Shown here: piece after piece, positions 29,966 through 39,169 of the stretch
How positions within the stretch are numbered: position 1 is the stretch's first letter
Layout of the letters: every line of letters begins with the position of its first letter
NCBI GenBank assembly: GCA_963841435.1
Contig: CAWJCS010000006.1
Coordinates: 32,001 to 96,000 of the forward strand
Direction of reading: 5' to 3'
Source of the DNA: an uncultured delta proteobacterium
GTDB lineage: Bacteria > Myxococcota_A > Polyangia > Polyangiales > Polyangiaceae
DNA length: 64,000 nt
Notes under the pieces: generated by a model
Seen by the model: the letters and a program-made list of their open reading frames with translations, nothing else
Told to the model about the DNA's origin: nothing
Database searches by the model: none
Made by a program: the position numbers and the translations under genes

Positions 29966-32929
29966 TTGATGCCTTCTCACCTTACCCGTGACAGCTGGTC
30001 GCCCAGCACTGGCGACGTGGCGGCCTCCCCGCGTCGCCGGCGCATTGCGGTGCTGATCGACAACATCGACCACGTGAGTGGCGGCTACGAGCCCCAGCTC
30101 CGGGCGGCATTCGACGCCGCGTGCCAGGCTCGGGACCTCGAGCTCGTGATCGTCGTCGGCCGGCCATTCGACGACCCGGAGCCCGCGAGCGCGGTCCAGA
30201 ACCGGATCTTCGACCTTCTGACGGCAACGTCCGCCGACGGCGTGATCTTCCTCGCGGCCGGGCTCGCGGCCTTTTCGGGCACAGGGCGCCTCGCGGAGCT
30301 GCACGAGCGCCTTTCGCCCATGGTCGCCTGCAGCATCGGCGCCGAGGTCCCGGGTGTCCCGAGCGTGCTCGTCGACAACCGCCCCGGGATGGACCGGCTC
30401 TTCGACCACGTGATCGGCGTCCATGGGCGCCGGCGCGTCGCGTTCATCGCGGGCGCCCCGAAGAACCCGGACGCCGAGGCGCGACTGCACGCCTACCGCG
30501 ACGCGCTCGCGCGGCACCACATCCCCTACGACCCGCGGCTCGTCGGCTACGGCAACTTCAATACACCCGCGGGCGCTCGCGTCGCGCTCGAGATCCTCGA
30601 CGGCGGCGCCTCGTTCGACGCTCTCGTCGTCAGCAATGACGCCATGGCGCTTTCCGCCATCGAGGCGCTCAAGGGGCGCGGCTTGCGCATCCCACGCGAC
30701 ATCGCGGTGACCGGATTCGACGACCTCGTCCTCGCGCGCCTCGCGAGCCCGCCGCTCACCTCGGTGAGACAGCCGCTCGAGCGCATGGGAGCGCTCGCCG
30801 TCGAGTTGATCGTCGAGCAGCTCTCGGGCCGCCCCGTGCCGGCGCGCTTGTTCCTGCCCGTGGAGTTCGTGGTGCGGGAATCGTGCGGCTGCAGCTCGCG
30901 GTTGATCGGGCCTGCTCCGCCGACGGCTTCCACCTCGGGAGGGCCGCGCGTGCTCGACCGCGACGCGCTCGCGCGCAGCGTGGCCGAGCACGCACTCGAG
31001 CCGATCGATGGTTCGTCGGCGTGGATCGCCCGGCTCATCGAGGGCATCGAGGTCGAGCTCGCTGGCACCACCGGTGAGTTCCTGTTCGTGCTTCAGGACG
31101 TGCTCGACGAGATCGGCAACCTCGACGCGGTCTGCGAGAAGCTCCAGCGTGCGGTCGAGGCACTGCGCGACGCCCTCTTGGTGCCCGAGCTCGACGCCTC
31201 GTGGGTCGCCGCGCGAGGCGCGATCGATGCGGCGACCGCACGCCACCAAGCGCGCGAGCGGCTCGCCATCGACGTGGTCTTCCAAGGGCTCCTCCACAGC
31301 GCCGAGCGGCTCGCCACGGCGTCGCTCGAGCCGGAGCGTCTACCCCAGGTCATCGCCGAAGAGATGCTCAGGATGCGGCACAAAAACGTGGCGATTTCGC
31401 TCTACGCCGACGAGCGGCAGGTGGAGCTCTCGCCGCTTCTTTGGCTTCACGAGGGTCGCGCCGTCGAGCCCGAGACGGCGTTCTTCGCTGCCAGCGAGCT
31501 CATCCCACCCGAGGCGCGCGATCGCCGTCGCAGCTGGTTCGTGCTGCCGCTCACCGTCGAGCTCGAGCAGCTCGGCGTGGCGGCGTTCGAGCTCGGGCCC
31601 GGAGTCGTGATGTACGAGATGCTGCGGGGGCAGATCAGCACCGCTCTGAAGACCGCGGCGCTCCATCGCGAAATCGTGCGCACGACGAAGCTGCACGAGC
31701 GCAGTGTCCAGGAGCGCCTCGCGACCGCCGAGCGCATGAACTCGCTGAGTGTGCTCGCGGGCGGCGTCGCGCACGATCTCAACAACGCGCTCGGCCCCCT
31801 CGTCATGCTTCCCGACATGATTCTCGGCCAGATCGAGGACCTGCGGAGCGGGCGTCTTACGGACGACAGCGACCTGCTGCTGGACGTCCGCACCATCAAG
31901 TCCTCCGCGTCGCGCGCCGCGCAGACCATCAAGGACCTCCTTTTGATCGGGCGGCCCGGGCCCACGGCCAAGGAACCGCTCGAGCTCGGTCGAGCGGTTT
32001 CTCGCTGCCTCGACGGGGAGCCGCTGCGTTTTCTCATGCGCGGCCGGCTGGGCCTGTCGATCAAGCTCGAGCTCGACCCCGAGCCCTTGTCCATCATGGG
32101 CTCCGAAGCACACATCGGGCGTGCGCTAACGAACCTCGTGCGGAACGCGGCCGAGGCCATCCCGAACGAAGGCGAGGTCCACGTCACCACCGAGCGCGTG
32201 ATCCTCGCCGAGCCGCTGTTCGGCGCGGAAGCCATTCCGCCAGGCGACTACGCCGTCGTGCGCGTCTCCGACAGTGGCGCCGGCATCGCTACCGCGGACA
32301 TCTCGCGCATCTTCCAGCCCTTCTTCAGCCGCAAACAGCGTTCGGATCAGAGCGGCAGCGGGCTCGGGCTCGCCATCGTGCACGGTGTCGTGAAGGAGCA
32401 CGGCGGCTTCATCCACGTCGACAGCGAGCTCGGGCGCGGCACCACGTTCAGCCTGTATTTCCAGCGTGTGTCCTTGCTGGTGAGGCGTGCGAGCGACCGC
32501 GCGACCTCGCCGCGTGGCAGCGCCCGCATCCTGCTCGTGGACGACGAGCCGGCGCAGCTGCACTCCGCACGGCGCTTGCTCGCGCAGCTCGGCTACGAGG
32601 TCAACACCCTCGAGAGCGGCGAGGAAGCGTTCCGGGTGTTTTACGCCGCCCGCCAGGCCGGCGCCGCGCTAGGCCCCGCGCGCGGCCCGACCCCGTACGA
32701 CCTCGTGATTCTCGACTACGCGCTCAACGAGGAGCACGACGGCCTCGAGACCCTCGAGCGCATCCGCACGCTCTATCCCTGGCAACGCGGCATCATGGTG
32801 AGCGGGCACGGTCGCGAAAAGCCGGAGGGCGGCTCCCACGCCGGTCGCGTGCCCTGGCTGGCCAAGCCCTACAGCGCCGACGCCCTCGCAGGCATCGTGC
32901 GCGCCACACTGGACGCTCCGGGTCAGTGA
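29966..32929 (+). CDS. Cytoplasmic hybrid sensor kinase: LacI-type sugar-binding domain + HisKA + HATPase + receiver
   Basis: LacI effector motifs (VDNRPG, RRVAFIAG, SNDAMA, VTGFDD, PPLTSVRQP) without an HTH; AGGVAHDLNN, NLVRNA, VSDSGAG, GSGLGL; receiver LVDDE...ILD...KP. Confidence 0.9.
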   Translation: MMPSHLTRDSWSPSTGDVAASPRRRRIAVLIDNIDHVSGGYEPQLRAAFDAACQARDLELVIVVGRPFDDPEPASAVQNRIFDLLTATSADGVIFLAAGLAAFSGTGRLAELHERLSPMVACSIGAEVPGVPSVLVDNRPGMDRLFDHVIGVHGRRRVAFIAGAPKNPDAEARLHAYRDALARHHIPYDPRLVGYGNFNTPAGARVALEILDGGASFDALVVSNDAMALSAIEALKGRGLRIPRDIAVTGFDDLVLARLASPPLTSVRQPLERMGALAVELIVEQLSGRPVPARLFLPVEFVVRESCGCSSRLIGPAPPTASTSGGPRVLDRDALARSVAEHALEPIDGSSAWIARLIEGIEVELAGTTGEFLFVLQDVLDEIGNLDAVCEKLQRAVEALRDALLVPELDASWVAARGAIDAATARHQARERLAIDVVFQGLLHSAERLATASLEPERLPQVIAEEMLRMRHKNVAISLYADERQVELSPLLWLHEGRAVEPETAFFAASELIPPEARDRRRSWFVLPLTVELEQLGVAAFELGPGVVMYEMLRGQISTALKTAALHREIVRTTKLHERSVQERLATAERMNSLSVLAGGVAHDLNNALGPLVMLPDMILGQIEDLRSGRLTDDSDLLLDVRTIKSSASRAAQTIKDLLLIGRPGPTAKEPLELGRAVSRCLDGEPLRFLMRGRLGLSIKLELDPEPLSIMGSEAHIGRALTNLVRNAAEAIPNEGEVHVTTERVILAEPLFGAEAIPPGDYAVVRVSDSGAGIATADISRIFQPFFSRKQRSDQSGSGLGLAIVHGVVKEHGGFIHVDSELGRGTTFSLYFQRVSLLVRRASDRATSPRGSARILLVDDEPAQLHSARRLLAQLGYEVNTLESGEEAFRVFYAARQAGAALGPARGPTPYDLVILDYALNEEHDGLETLERIRTLYPWQRGIMVSGHGREKPEGGSHAGRVPWLAKPYSADALAGIVRATLDAPGQ

Positions 32930-32953
32930 CCGGGGTGGCGGCCGCGCCGCCCG

Positions 32954-34645
32954 TCAGTTCACGCTGACGCTGTACGAGTTCGTCACCATGCTCTGGTTCT
33001 GTTCCCAGATCTCGAATCCCGCCTGGATACCGAGCAGATAGGCGCTCGCCGTGGCGTAGCCGCGGGTGACGGCATCCGAGAAGAAGGGGTTGAGATCCAT
33101 GCCGGTCACGCTCGAGGTGTTGGTGGCTCGCACGTAGCTCACCGTCGAGAAGCCGTCGTGCGAGCCGTACCAGACGACCCACGACGTGCCGTTGATCATC
33201 ACCGTGCCCACCTGGCTGCCGATGGGCGTAGTGTCACGCTGGGCGAGCCACACCATGAGCTCGAGCGTGCCGCCGGTGTTGCCCGGCTTGGCCGACGAGT
33301 TGCTGATCCACACGTCGTACGAGGCGTTGTAGCGGCCGGCGCTGGGCGGGACCGTGAACGTCCAGCTCGTCGGGGCGGAGCCGACGGCGGAGAGCTGCTT
33401 GGCCGTCTGGTAGCCGCCGTACATGTTGCCATCGACGTGCCAGCCGTACACGATCGACGGATACGAGGCCGGGGCGCCGCCCGCTGGAATGTTCAGGCTG
33501 ACGGGGTTCACGGTGAAGCCCGCGTTGTTGCCGTTGTCCCAGGCCGCGGTGACGCACTGGCTGCCACCGCCCTTGTTGTACAGATTGTTCTGCACCATGT
33601 AGCGGCTGCCCAGGTTGATCTGCGAAAAGTCGCCGCACTGCTGGCTGCCGTACGGAGCGAGGGTACCGGTCACCGGTGGCGAGCCGTCGGTGATGGGGCT
33701 CACGCTCTCGACGCAGAAGTTGTAGTCGGCGTCGGCGCTCGCGCCCACGACCTGGATCTGCATGTCGTAGATCGAAGCCGGATCGGCGATGAGCCCGGCG
33801 TTCGGATCCGTCGTCCAAGTGGAGGGCACGTTGGCGTCGACGATGTTCACCATGTAGCTGCCGGCGCCCGGCACCTCGACGAAGGGTGCTGCGCCGACCT
33901 GCGGCGCTGCCGTCGTGAAGCCGATGCGCAGCGGCAGTCCGCCCGTGTCGCCCGAGATGACGACGTTGAAGCCCGTGACGCCGTTCATGGTGGCGTTGTA
34001 GGCGGATTTCACCGAGGCGGTCGTGCCGCCCATGTCGCCCGATTCATTGAGGCCGAGCGCGATGCCCGCGCCCCAGGCCTTGTAGGTCGTATCGAGGATG
34101 GTGTGCCCCGTGAGGCACAGGCCCATCCCGGCGACGTACGGCACGACATCCTGCACGCAGGTTGACAGCGCGAGGCTGTCGGCAGCGCGATCGTTCTTGT
34201 CGTCGTAGCAATACCAGGGGCCCTGGATGGCGCGCTCGTTGCACTCACGCGCGACCCAGCCGCTCATGTCGATTGGCAGCATCGACTTGTCCGTGTTCGT
34301 GCACATGACCGGCCCCGCACCCGCCGAGCCCGCGGCGGCGCCGCCAGCCCCAACGTCGCCCGCCGAGCCGCCGGTTGCGCCGCCCGCACCCACCGCGCCG
34401 CCCGTCGCCCCCGCGCCTCCGCTGCCGCCCGTGACCGCGCCGCCCGTCGCACCCACGCCGGCGCTACCGCCCGTCGCCGCGCCCGACGTTCCACCCTGGC
34501 CGGTGCCCCCACTTGCGGAAGTTCCACCTTGCCCGGTGCCGCCCGAGCTGTCGTCGTCATCGTCGCTGGACCCATTCGCGGGTGCGCACGCGTAGATGGA
34601 CAGGGTGGTGAGCAGGGCAAAGCTTGCGGACAAGGTTCGACGCAT
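32954..34645 (-). CDS. Lipoprotein: Gly-rich linker + uncharacterised beta-sandwich-like domain + GH12 endoglucanase
   Basis: Lipobox IYAC; YMVQNNLYN, PASYPS, YNASYDVW, catalytic ELMVW and GFEIW. Confidence 0.85.
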   Translation of the reverse strand: MRRTLSASFALLTTLSIYACAPANGSSDDDDDSSGGTGQGGTSASGGTGQGGTSGAATGGSAGVGATGGAVTGGSGGAGATGGAVGAGGATGGSAGDVGAGGAAAGSAGAGPVMCTNTDKSMLPIDMSGWVARECNERAIQGPWYCYDDKNDRAADSLALSTCVQDVVPYVAGMGLCLTGHTILDTTYKAWGAGIALGLNESGDMGGTTASVKSAYNATMNGVTGFNVVISGDTGGLPLRIGFTTAAPQVGAAPFVEVPGAGSYMVNIVDANVPSTWTTDPNAGLIADPASIYDMQIQVVGASADADYNFCVESVSPITDGSPPVTGTLAPYGSQQCGDFSQINLGSRYMVQNNLYNKGGGSQCVTAAWDNGNNAGFTVNPVSLNIPAGGAPASYPSIVYGWHVDGNMYGGYQTAKQLSAVGSAPTSWTFTVPPSAGRYNASYDVWISNSSAKPGNTGGTLELMVWLAQRDTTPIGSQVGTVMINGTSWVVWYGSHDGFSTVSYVRATNTSSVTGMDLNPFFSDAVTRGYATASAYLLGIQAGFEIWEQNQSMVTNSYSVSVN

Positions 34646-34736
34646 GGGAGGGACCTCCGGTGAGCGCTGGCGAGCCGCCACTCGATATGCGCTCGTTAAT
34701 AGATATGAAAAGGGTAGCACGGGAACCTACCCCGTG

Positions 34737-34750
34737 GGGGACCGGTTCCA
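34737..34750. promoter_or_regulatory. LacI-type operator-like palindrome upstream of the GH12 gene
   Basis: GGGACCGGTTCC is one mismatch from the palindrome GGAACCGGTTCC (central CG), next to an AT-rich promoter-like tract. Confidence 0.3.
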
Positions 34751-34916
34751 GGTTTTCTTGGCCTCCGCCTGGCATTGTCAGGCCGGGTCGCTCGCGACGC
34801 CGTGCTCCGCCTTCGCGCGAATCTTTTTCTGCCTTCTCTCTATAGGCTTTCGGTACTCAACGACGACGAGCCCGCCTGAGCGGGCGCGGCGGTGGGGGGG
34901 GTGTGCGCACGCTCCG

Positions 34917-36128
34917 TCAGTCCCGCATGTAGTGGCAGGTGTAACCACCTGGGTGCTTCTCCAAGTAGTCTTGGTGGTACTCCTCCGCCGGCGTGAACGT
35001 GCCGAGCGGATCGATCTCGGTGACAATCGGCCGTTTCCATTTGCCGCTCGCCTGGACGCGCTGCTTCACCTCTTCGGCAACCTTCTTCTGCTGCTCGGAG
35101 CCCACGAAAATCGCGGAGCGGTACTGCGTGCCGACGTCGTTGCCCTGCCGGTTCGCCGTCGTGGGATCGTGCATGTGGAAGAACCACTTCTCCAGCAGGT
35201 CGGCGTACGAGATCTTCTTCGGATCGAACACGATGCGGATGGCCTCGGCGTGGCCCGTTCGCCCCGTCTTCACGTCCTCGTAGCTCGGGTGCTCCGTGGT
35301 CCCGCCCGTGTAGCCGACCTCGGTTTCGACGATTCCCGGCACCTTGCGCAGGATCTCCTCCATGCCCCAGAAGCAGCCGCCCGCGAGCACGGCCGTCTCG
35401 AGCGTGGGCTCGCAGCCTGGGCGGTCGCCGGGGGCCGGCGTGGCGCAAGCGTTGTCGGTTGCCGAGGGCAGGGGGGCCGCCTGCTTTCCCTTTTCGAAGA
35501 GCGCCCGATAGTCACCGTAGCCTTCGGCCTCGAGCTTCGCCGCGGGGACGAAGCGCAGCGACGCGGAATTGATGCAGTAGCGGAGGCCGGTCGGCGCGGG
35601 GCCGTCCTCGAAGAGGTGGCCGAGGTGCGAATCGCCGTCGCGGGAGCGAACCTCCACTCGCGTCATGCCGAGCGACCTGTCCTTCTTCTCGACGACGCGC
35701 TTCGGGTCGACGGGGCGCGCGAAGCTCGGCCAACCCGTGCCGGACTCGAACTTATCGGTCGAGCTGAACAGTGGCTCGCCGCTCACCACGTCAACGTAAA
35801 GACCCGCTTGGTGGTTGTCCCAGTAGCGGTTGGAAAAGGGCGGCTCGGTTGCCTCGTGCTGCGTCACCTCGTACTCGAGGGGGCTCAGGCGGGCCTTGAT
35901 CGCGGGCTCGGGGGGCTTGACGAAGACGCGCTCGGACATCTTGGTATTCTCCAGGGTGGGGCGCTCGGAGGCGCTCGCGGAGGCGGTGACGCGCGTGTCG
36001 CTCGTCGCCGAAGTAGCGATACGGTCCTCGGCCGGCGACGAACGCCGCGTGCAGCCCGCGACGGCGAAAACGGCCGCGAGCAGCATACCGAGGAAGGAAA
36101 GGGAGCGGGAAAGGGACGAAGGTCGCAT
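34917..36128 (-). CDS. msrAB: Exported bifunctional methionine sulfoxide reductase, MsrB-MsrA fusion lipoprotein
   Basis: Lipobox VAGC; MsrB motifs [31 protein letters not shown]; MsrA motifs [31 protein letters not shown]. Confidence 0.93.
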   Translation of the reverse strand: MRPSSLSRSLSFLGMLLAAVFAVAGCTRRSSPAEDRIATSATSDTRVTASASASERPTLENTKMSERVFVKPPEPAIKARLSPLEYEVTQHEATEPPFSNRYWDNHQAGLYVDVVSGEPLFSSTDKFESGTGWPSFARPVDPKRVVEKKDRSLGMTRVEVRSRDGDSHLGHLFEDGPAPTGLRYCINSASLRFVPAAKLEAEGYGDYRALFEKGKQAAPLPSATDNACATPAPGDRPGCEPTLETAVLAGGCFWGMEEILRKVPGIVETEVGYTGGTTEHPSYEDVKTGRTGHAEAIRIVFDPKKISYADLLEKWFFHMHDPTTANRQGNDVGTQYRSAIFVGSEQQKKVAEEVKQRVQASGKWKRPIVTEIDPLGTFTPAEEYHQDYLEKHPGGYTCHYMRD

Positions 36129-36229
36129 GCGCCATACCTCGCTTTTTTGGACGATCCTTCTACGTTTAAAGGAGCCGCGAGGTTACCGGGTCGATCCCGG
36201 TTTTGCTGGAGCTAAAACCCCGCCCTGCC

Positions 36230-36518
36230 ATGCGTCGCTCGAAACCCACGCCGCTCGTGCTCGCGCTGCCGCTTGCGGCCTGTTCCGGCTGGGACGGAGC
36301 GCTCCCCGCGTCGAACGTCGCCGAGCCCGGCCCCGTGGATTTGAAGGTGGTCGACGGTCACGTCGAGAATGCGCTCGGCGAGCGCGTGGTCTTGCGCGGC
36401 GTGAACCGCTCCGGCACCGAGTACCAGTGCACGAAGGACTTCCACGTGCGCCGACGATTTCGTTGCCCCCTTGCTACAGTGGCTCGACGAGCACGAGGCC
36501 GGCCTATCGTCGCTCTGA
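36230..36518 (+). pseudogene. Remnant of a GH5 cellulase lipoprotein with most of the catalytic domain deleted
   Basis: Lipobox LAAC and GH5 N-terminus LKVVDG...VVLRGVNRSGTEYQC, followed in another frame by C-terminal-like CADDFVAPLLQWLDEH and a stop. Confidence 0.6.
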
Positions 36519-36575
36519 CGCGTGAAGCGACGAAGGCGCGGGCGGGCGACGACACACCAGGCGGGACGAGCGGAC

Positions 36576-37352
36576 CTAGTCCGTCGCCGCGGCCACGCGA
36601 TCGCCGGCCCGTAGCGCGCGGTACCAGCTCGGGAAGACGGTCATGCGCGTCGCACGAAACTTGCGGTAGCTCCGCACGCGCAGTCGCGCGTAGTCGCCGT
36701 GGCGATCGAGGGTGTGGCAGGCAAGGCCCGTGGCGTAGGCCGCGAAGATGGCGTAATCCGCCGGCCATTCGCGGCAATGCGACGTCGCGAAGCGGCGCGC
36801 GCGCACCATGAGCACGGCGCCGGCATCGAAGCAGCGCCTGAGCTCGGCGTAGCCCAGGCCGACCACCTTCGCCGCGAGCTCCTCGTCGGGGAGACTCGCG
36901 AGATCCCACGGGACGGCGGAGCGCAGCACCGCGGGCTGGATGTCCATGAGGCAGAGCTCGCCCGCGGGGCCTCGCGTGCGACCCGTCTGGATGTCCTCGC
37001 GCATTCCCGTGCTCCATCCGGATGCCGCGAGCATCGCACGCGCGAGATCGGTCGGTCCTTCGCGCCATCCCGCGCCCGCGTAAAGCGCGGCGTCGGCGAG
37101 CGCTTCGGCGACGACCTCGAGCCGTGCCGCACCCGTCTCGCGGCGTTCGGCGCGCGCCCAGGCGCCGAGGCCCGGGTTCCAGCGAGGTGCCCTGCACAGA
37201 ATGCTCGGCGCGGAGCACACCGGGGCAAGCTCGCACGCCGGCTGCTCGGGGTTCGTGCCGCAGCTCGGGACGGCCTCGAGCGAGAAGATGGAGCCGCCGG
37301 GAGGGAAGCTCGAAAGAATGAGGGAGAGAACGTAAGTACCAAGTGAGGTCAA
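36576..37352 (-). CDS. Hypothetical Cys-containing exported protein, possible lysozyme/lytic-transglycosylase-like fold
   Basis: Good coding frame, TTG start with a purine-rich SD; AMLAASGWSTGMREDIQTG...GELCLMDI...FAAYATG. Confidence 0.5.
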   Translation of the reverse strand: MTSLGTYVLSLILSSFPPGGSIFSLEAVPSCGTNPEQPACELAPVCSAPSILCRAPRWNPGLGAWARAERRETGAARLEVVAEALADAALYAGAGWREGPTDLARAMLAASGWSTGMREDIQTGRTRGPAGELCLMDIQPAVLRSAVPWDLASLPDEELAAKVVGLGYAELRRCFDAGAVLMVRARRFATSHCREWPADYAIFAAYATGLACHTLDRHGDYARLRVRSYRKFRATRMTVFPSWYRALRAGDRVAAATD

Positions 37353-38121
37353 TGAATCGATTCCTTCCCCCAACTCGGACGAGTGTCCAAATGCGCCGAC
37401 TTTTTGGCGCCTTCGTCGCGAATGCGCCAGTGGGAAAATTCAAAGTGTCGTGCTTTCGGTAGCTTATCGTTGTTTCGATTACCGCAGCAGCACCACGGAA
37501 GCGTCGTGCGAAGCGTTCTGCGTCGCCGAGCACGACATGCGTCCGGCGCGCCGGTGGGCTCCATCGAAAGCCAGGCGTCGAAGCGAGCATCGCGCGCGGC
37601 GAGCACGGCCGCCGCGCCACGTGTGACGCGGGACACGCGACGCGCAGACAGGCGACACACCACACGCCACACGCGTGTGCTGCCACCACGCTCGTGCTCG
37701 CTCGACACGAAACGTGTGCGGCACACGGGGTCGAAACCGTAGGAGCGACGCAAGCGACGTCCGACTCCATGCAAGCGGCGGCTCGCGCTAGAGGTGACCT
37801 GGTCGGGGCGTCACCTCTTGCACGGGGTCGCGGGGCGTCGACCGAACGAAGCGGCCCGTCGAGGAGGTCATGGTTGCTCACGCCGAACGTCGCCGAGCGC
37901 TCGCGTCATTGCGTCGTCGTTCTCTCGTTCCGGTGCGAGCCCGGCGACGGGAGCCGAAGTGATATCGAAGCGCGCGGTGGCGTCGGCGGGCGTGCCGGTT
38001 GACGCGACGTTGCCGCGCGCGTCTCGGGGCGCGGCTTTCGTGCTCGTGCTTTCGTTTGCTTCGGAGCCGTCGCGAAGAGCGCGCACAGAGCGAATTGGGT
38101 GCAGGTAATATTAGTAAGTGA

Positions 38122-38134
38122 TATCAAATGCTTG
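38122..38134 (+). promoter_or_regulatory. IHF-binding-site-like element
   Basis: TATCAA-ATGC-TTG is a perfect WATCAANNNNTTR match, preceded by the AT-rich tract TAATATTAGTAAGT in a very GC-rich background. Confidence 0.45.
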
Positions 38135-38818
38135 GCGTATCCGCGGCGCGTGTCGGCCGTGCGGGCAAACGGTTAACCGCGGTCCTCACACCCCGCGCGC
38201 GCGGACGCGGACCGCGTCGAGCTGCCGGATGCTCGCCTGGATCAGCGAGGCGCGTCGCGGCTCGACCGTCGCGCTCGTGCACGTCGAATCGCTCGACTGA
38301 AAAGGTATCGCATGATCCTCCGCTCTCACGCGCGAGCACCGGGTGGTCGCCTGCGACTCACGTGGCTTCAAGTCCTCGCTGCGGCCTGACGCGGAGCCTA
38401 CTCGCCCCGCGACGCTTGCAATGCGTTGCCGAGAGCGCACGGCATCGAACGCACCTGCCGCATCGGGCACGGCGTTGGTGCTCTTCGCGCGCTCGAGGCT
38501 GCCTTCCCCAGCCGGCCCGTCTCGACCGCGCCAACGTGCGGCGGAGCACGACCGACTGGCTCGCGTTGAGGCGTGAGCGTGGGCGTTCCGCCCTCGCGCG
38601 GGCGATGGACGAAGCGCGCGCGGACTTCAGGCCATTGACGCTTTCGAACCCGAATCCGGTCGTTGCTCTCGGGCCGCCGTCCGTTCGACGGGTCGGCGAT
38701 CGGTGCGCACCGGCGCTCGTTCTCGTGGGCGAGGTGCGCCCTCGCATCGATCCGGGCTGCCAGGTGCCTCTGCCGAAAGCTCTCTCTGAAAGTGCGACGC
38801 GTGCCGCTCGAGGGCGCC

Positions 38819-38926
38819 GCTGAAACGGAGCAACCGGAGCTCGCCGCCGAAGCGGAGCAGCCGGAGCTCCTCGCTGAAGCGGAGCAGCCGGAGCTCCCCG
38901 CTGAAGCGGAGCAACCGGAGCTCGCG
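38819..38926. repeat. Four tandem copies of a 27-bp unit
   Basis: GCYGAARCGGAGCARCCGGAGCTC-NNN x4 (starts 38819, 38846, 38873, 38900). Confidence 0.9.
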
Positions 38927-39085
38927 TCGACGCTGCCCCGGACCGTCGGCGCGTCAGCGCGTCCCACCGGCGGTTCTCCTTGCGCCTTCATCCGCTGCGG
39001 TTCGCGCCCGGGCGTTGGCTGGTCAGTGTGCAAATGTGCTGCCGTCTGCGCATGTCTGCCTGCGGTCATGCACAGCTACTGAAAA

Positions 39086-39121
39086 GTTCCATGGAACCGC
39101 CAGCTTGCACCGCCAGCTTGC
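39086..39121. promoter_or_regulatory. Perfect 12-bp palindrome overlapping a perfect 13-bp tandem direct repeat upstream of GH45
   Basis: GTTCCATGGAAC (39086-39097); ACCGCCAGCTTGC x2 (39096-39121). Confidence 0.45.
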
Positions 39122-39169
39122 ATTGTTTCAGGTACTGGCCAGGTCGTGGTCGGGATGATACCCCGAAGG

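Noticed and set aside
38098-38125. dif (XerCD) site
   Set aside because: The left arm GGTGCAGGTAA resembles the XerC arm, but the right arm does not match the conserved XerD arm TTATGTTAAAT.
38819-38926. CRISPR array
   Set aside because: Units are directly tandem with only 3 variable bases; there are no unique spacers and no cas genes in the window.
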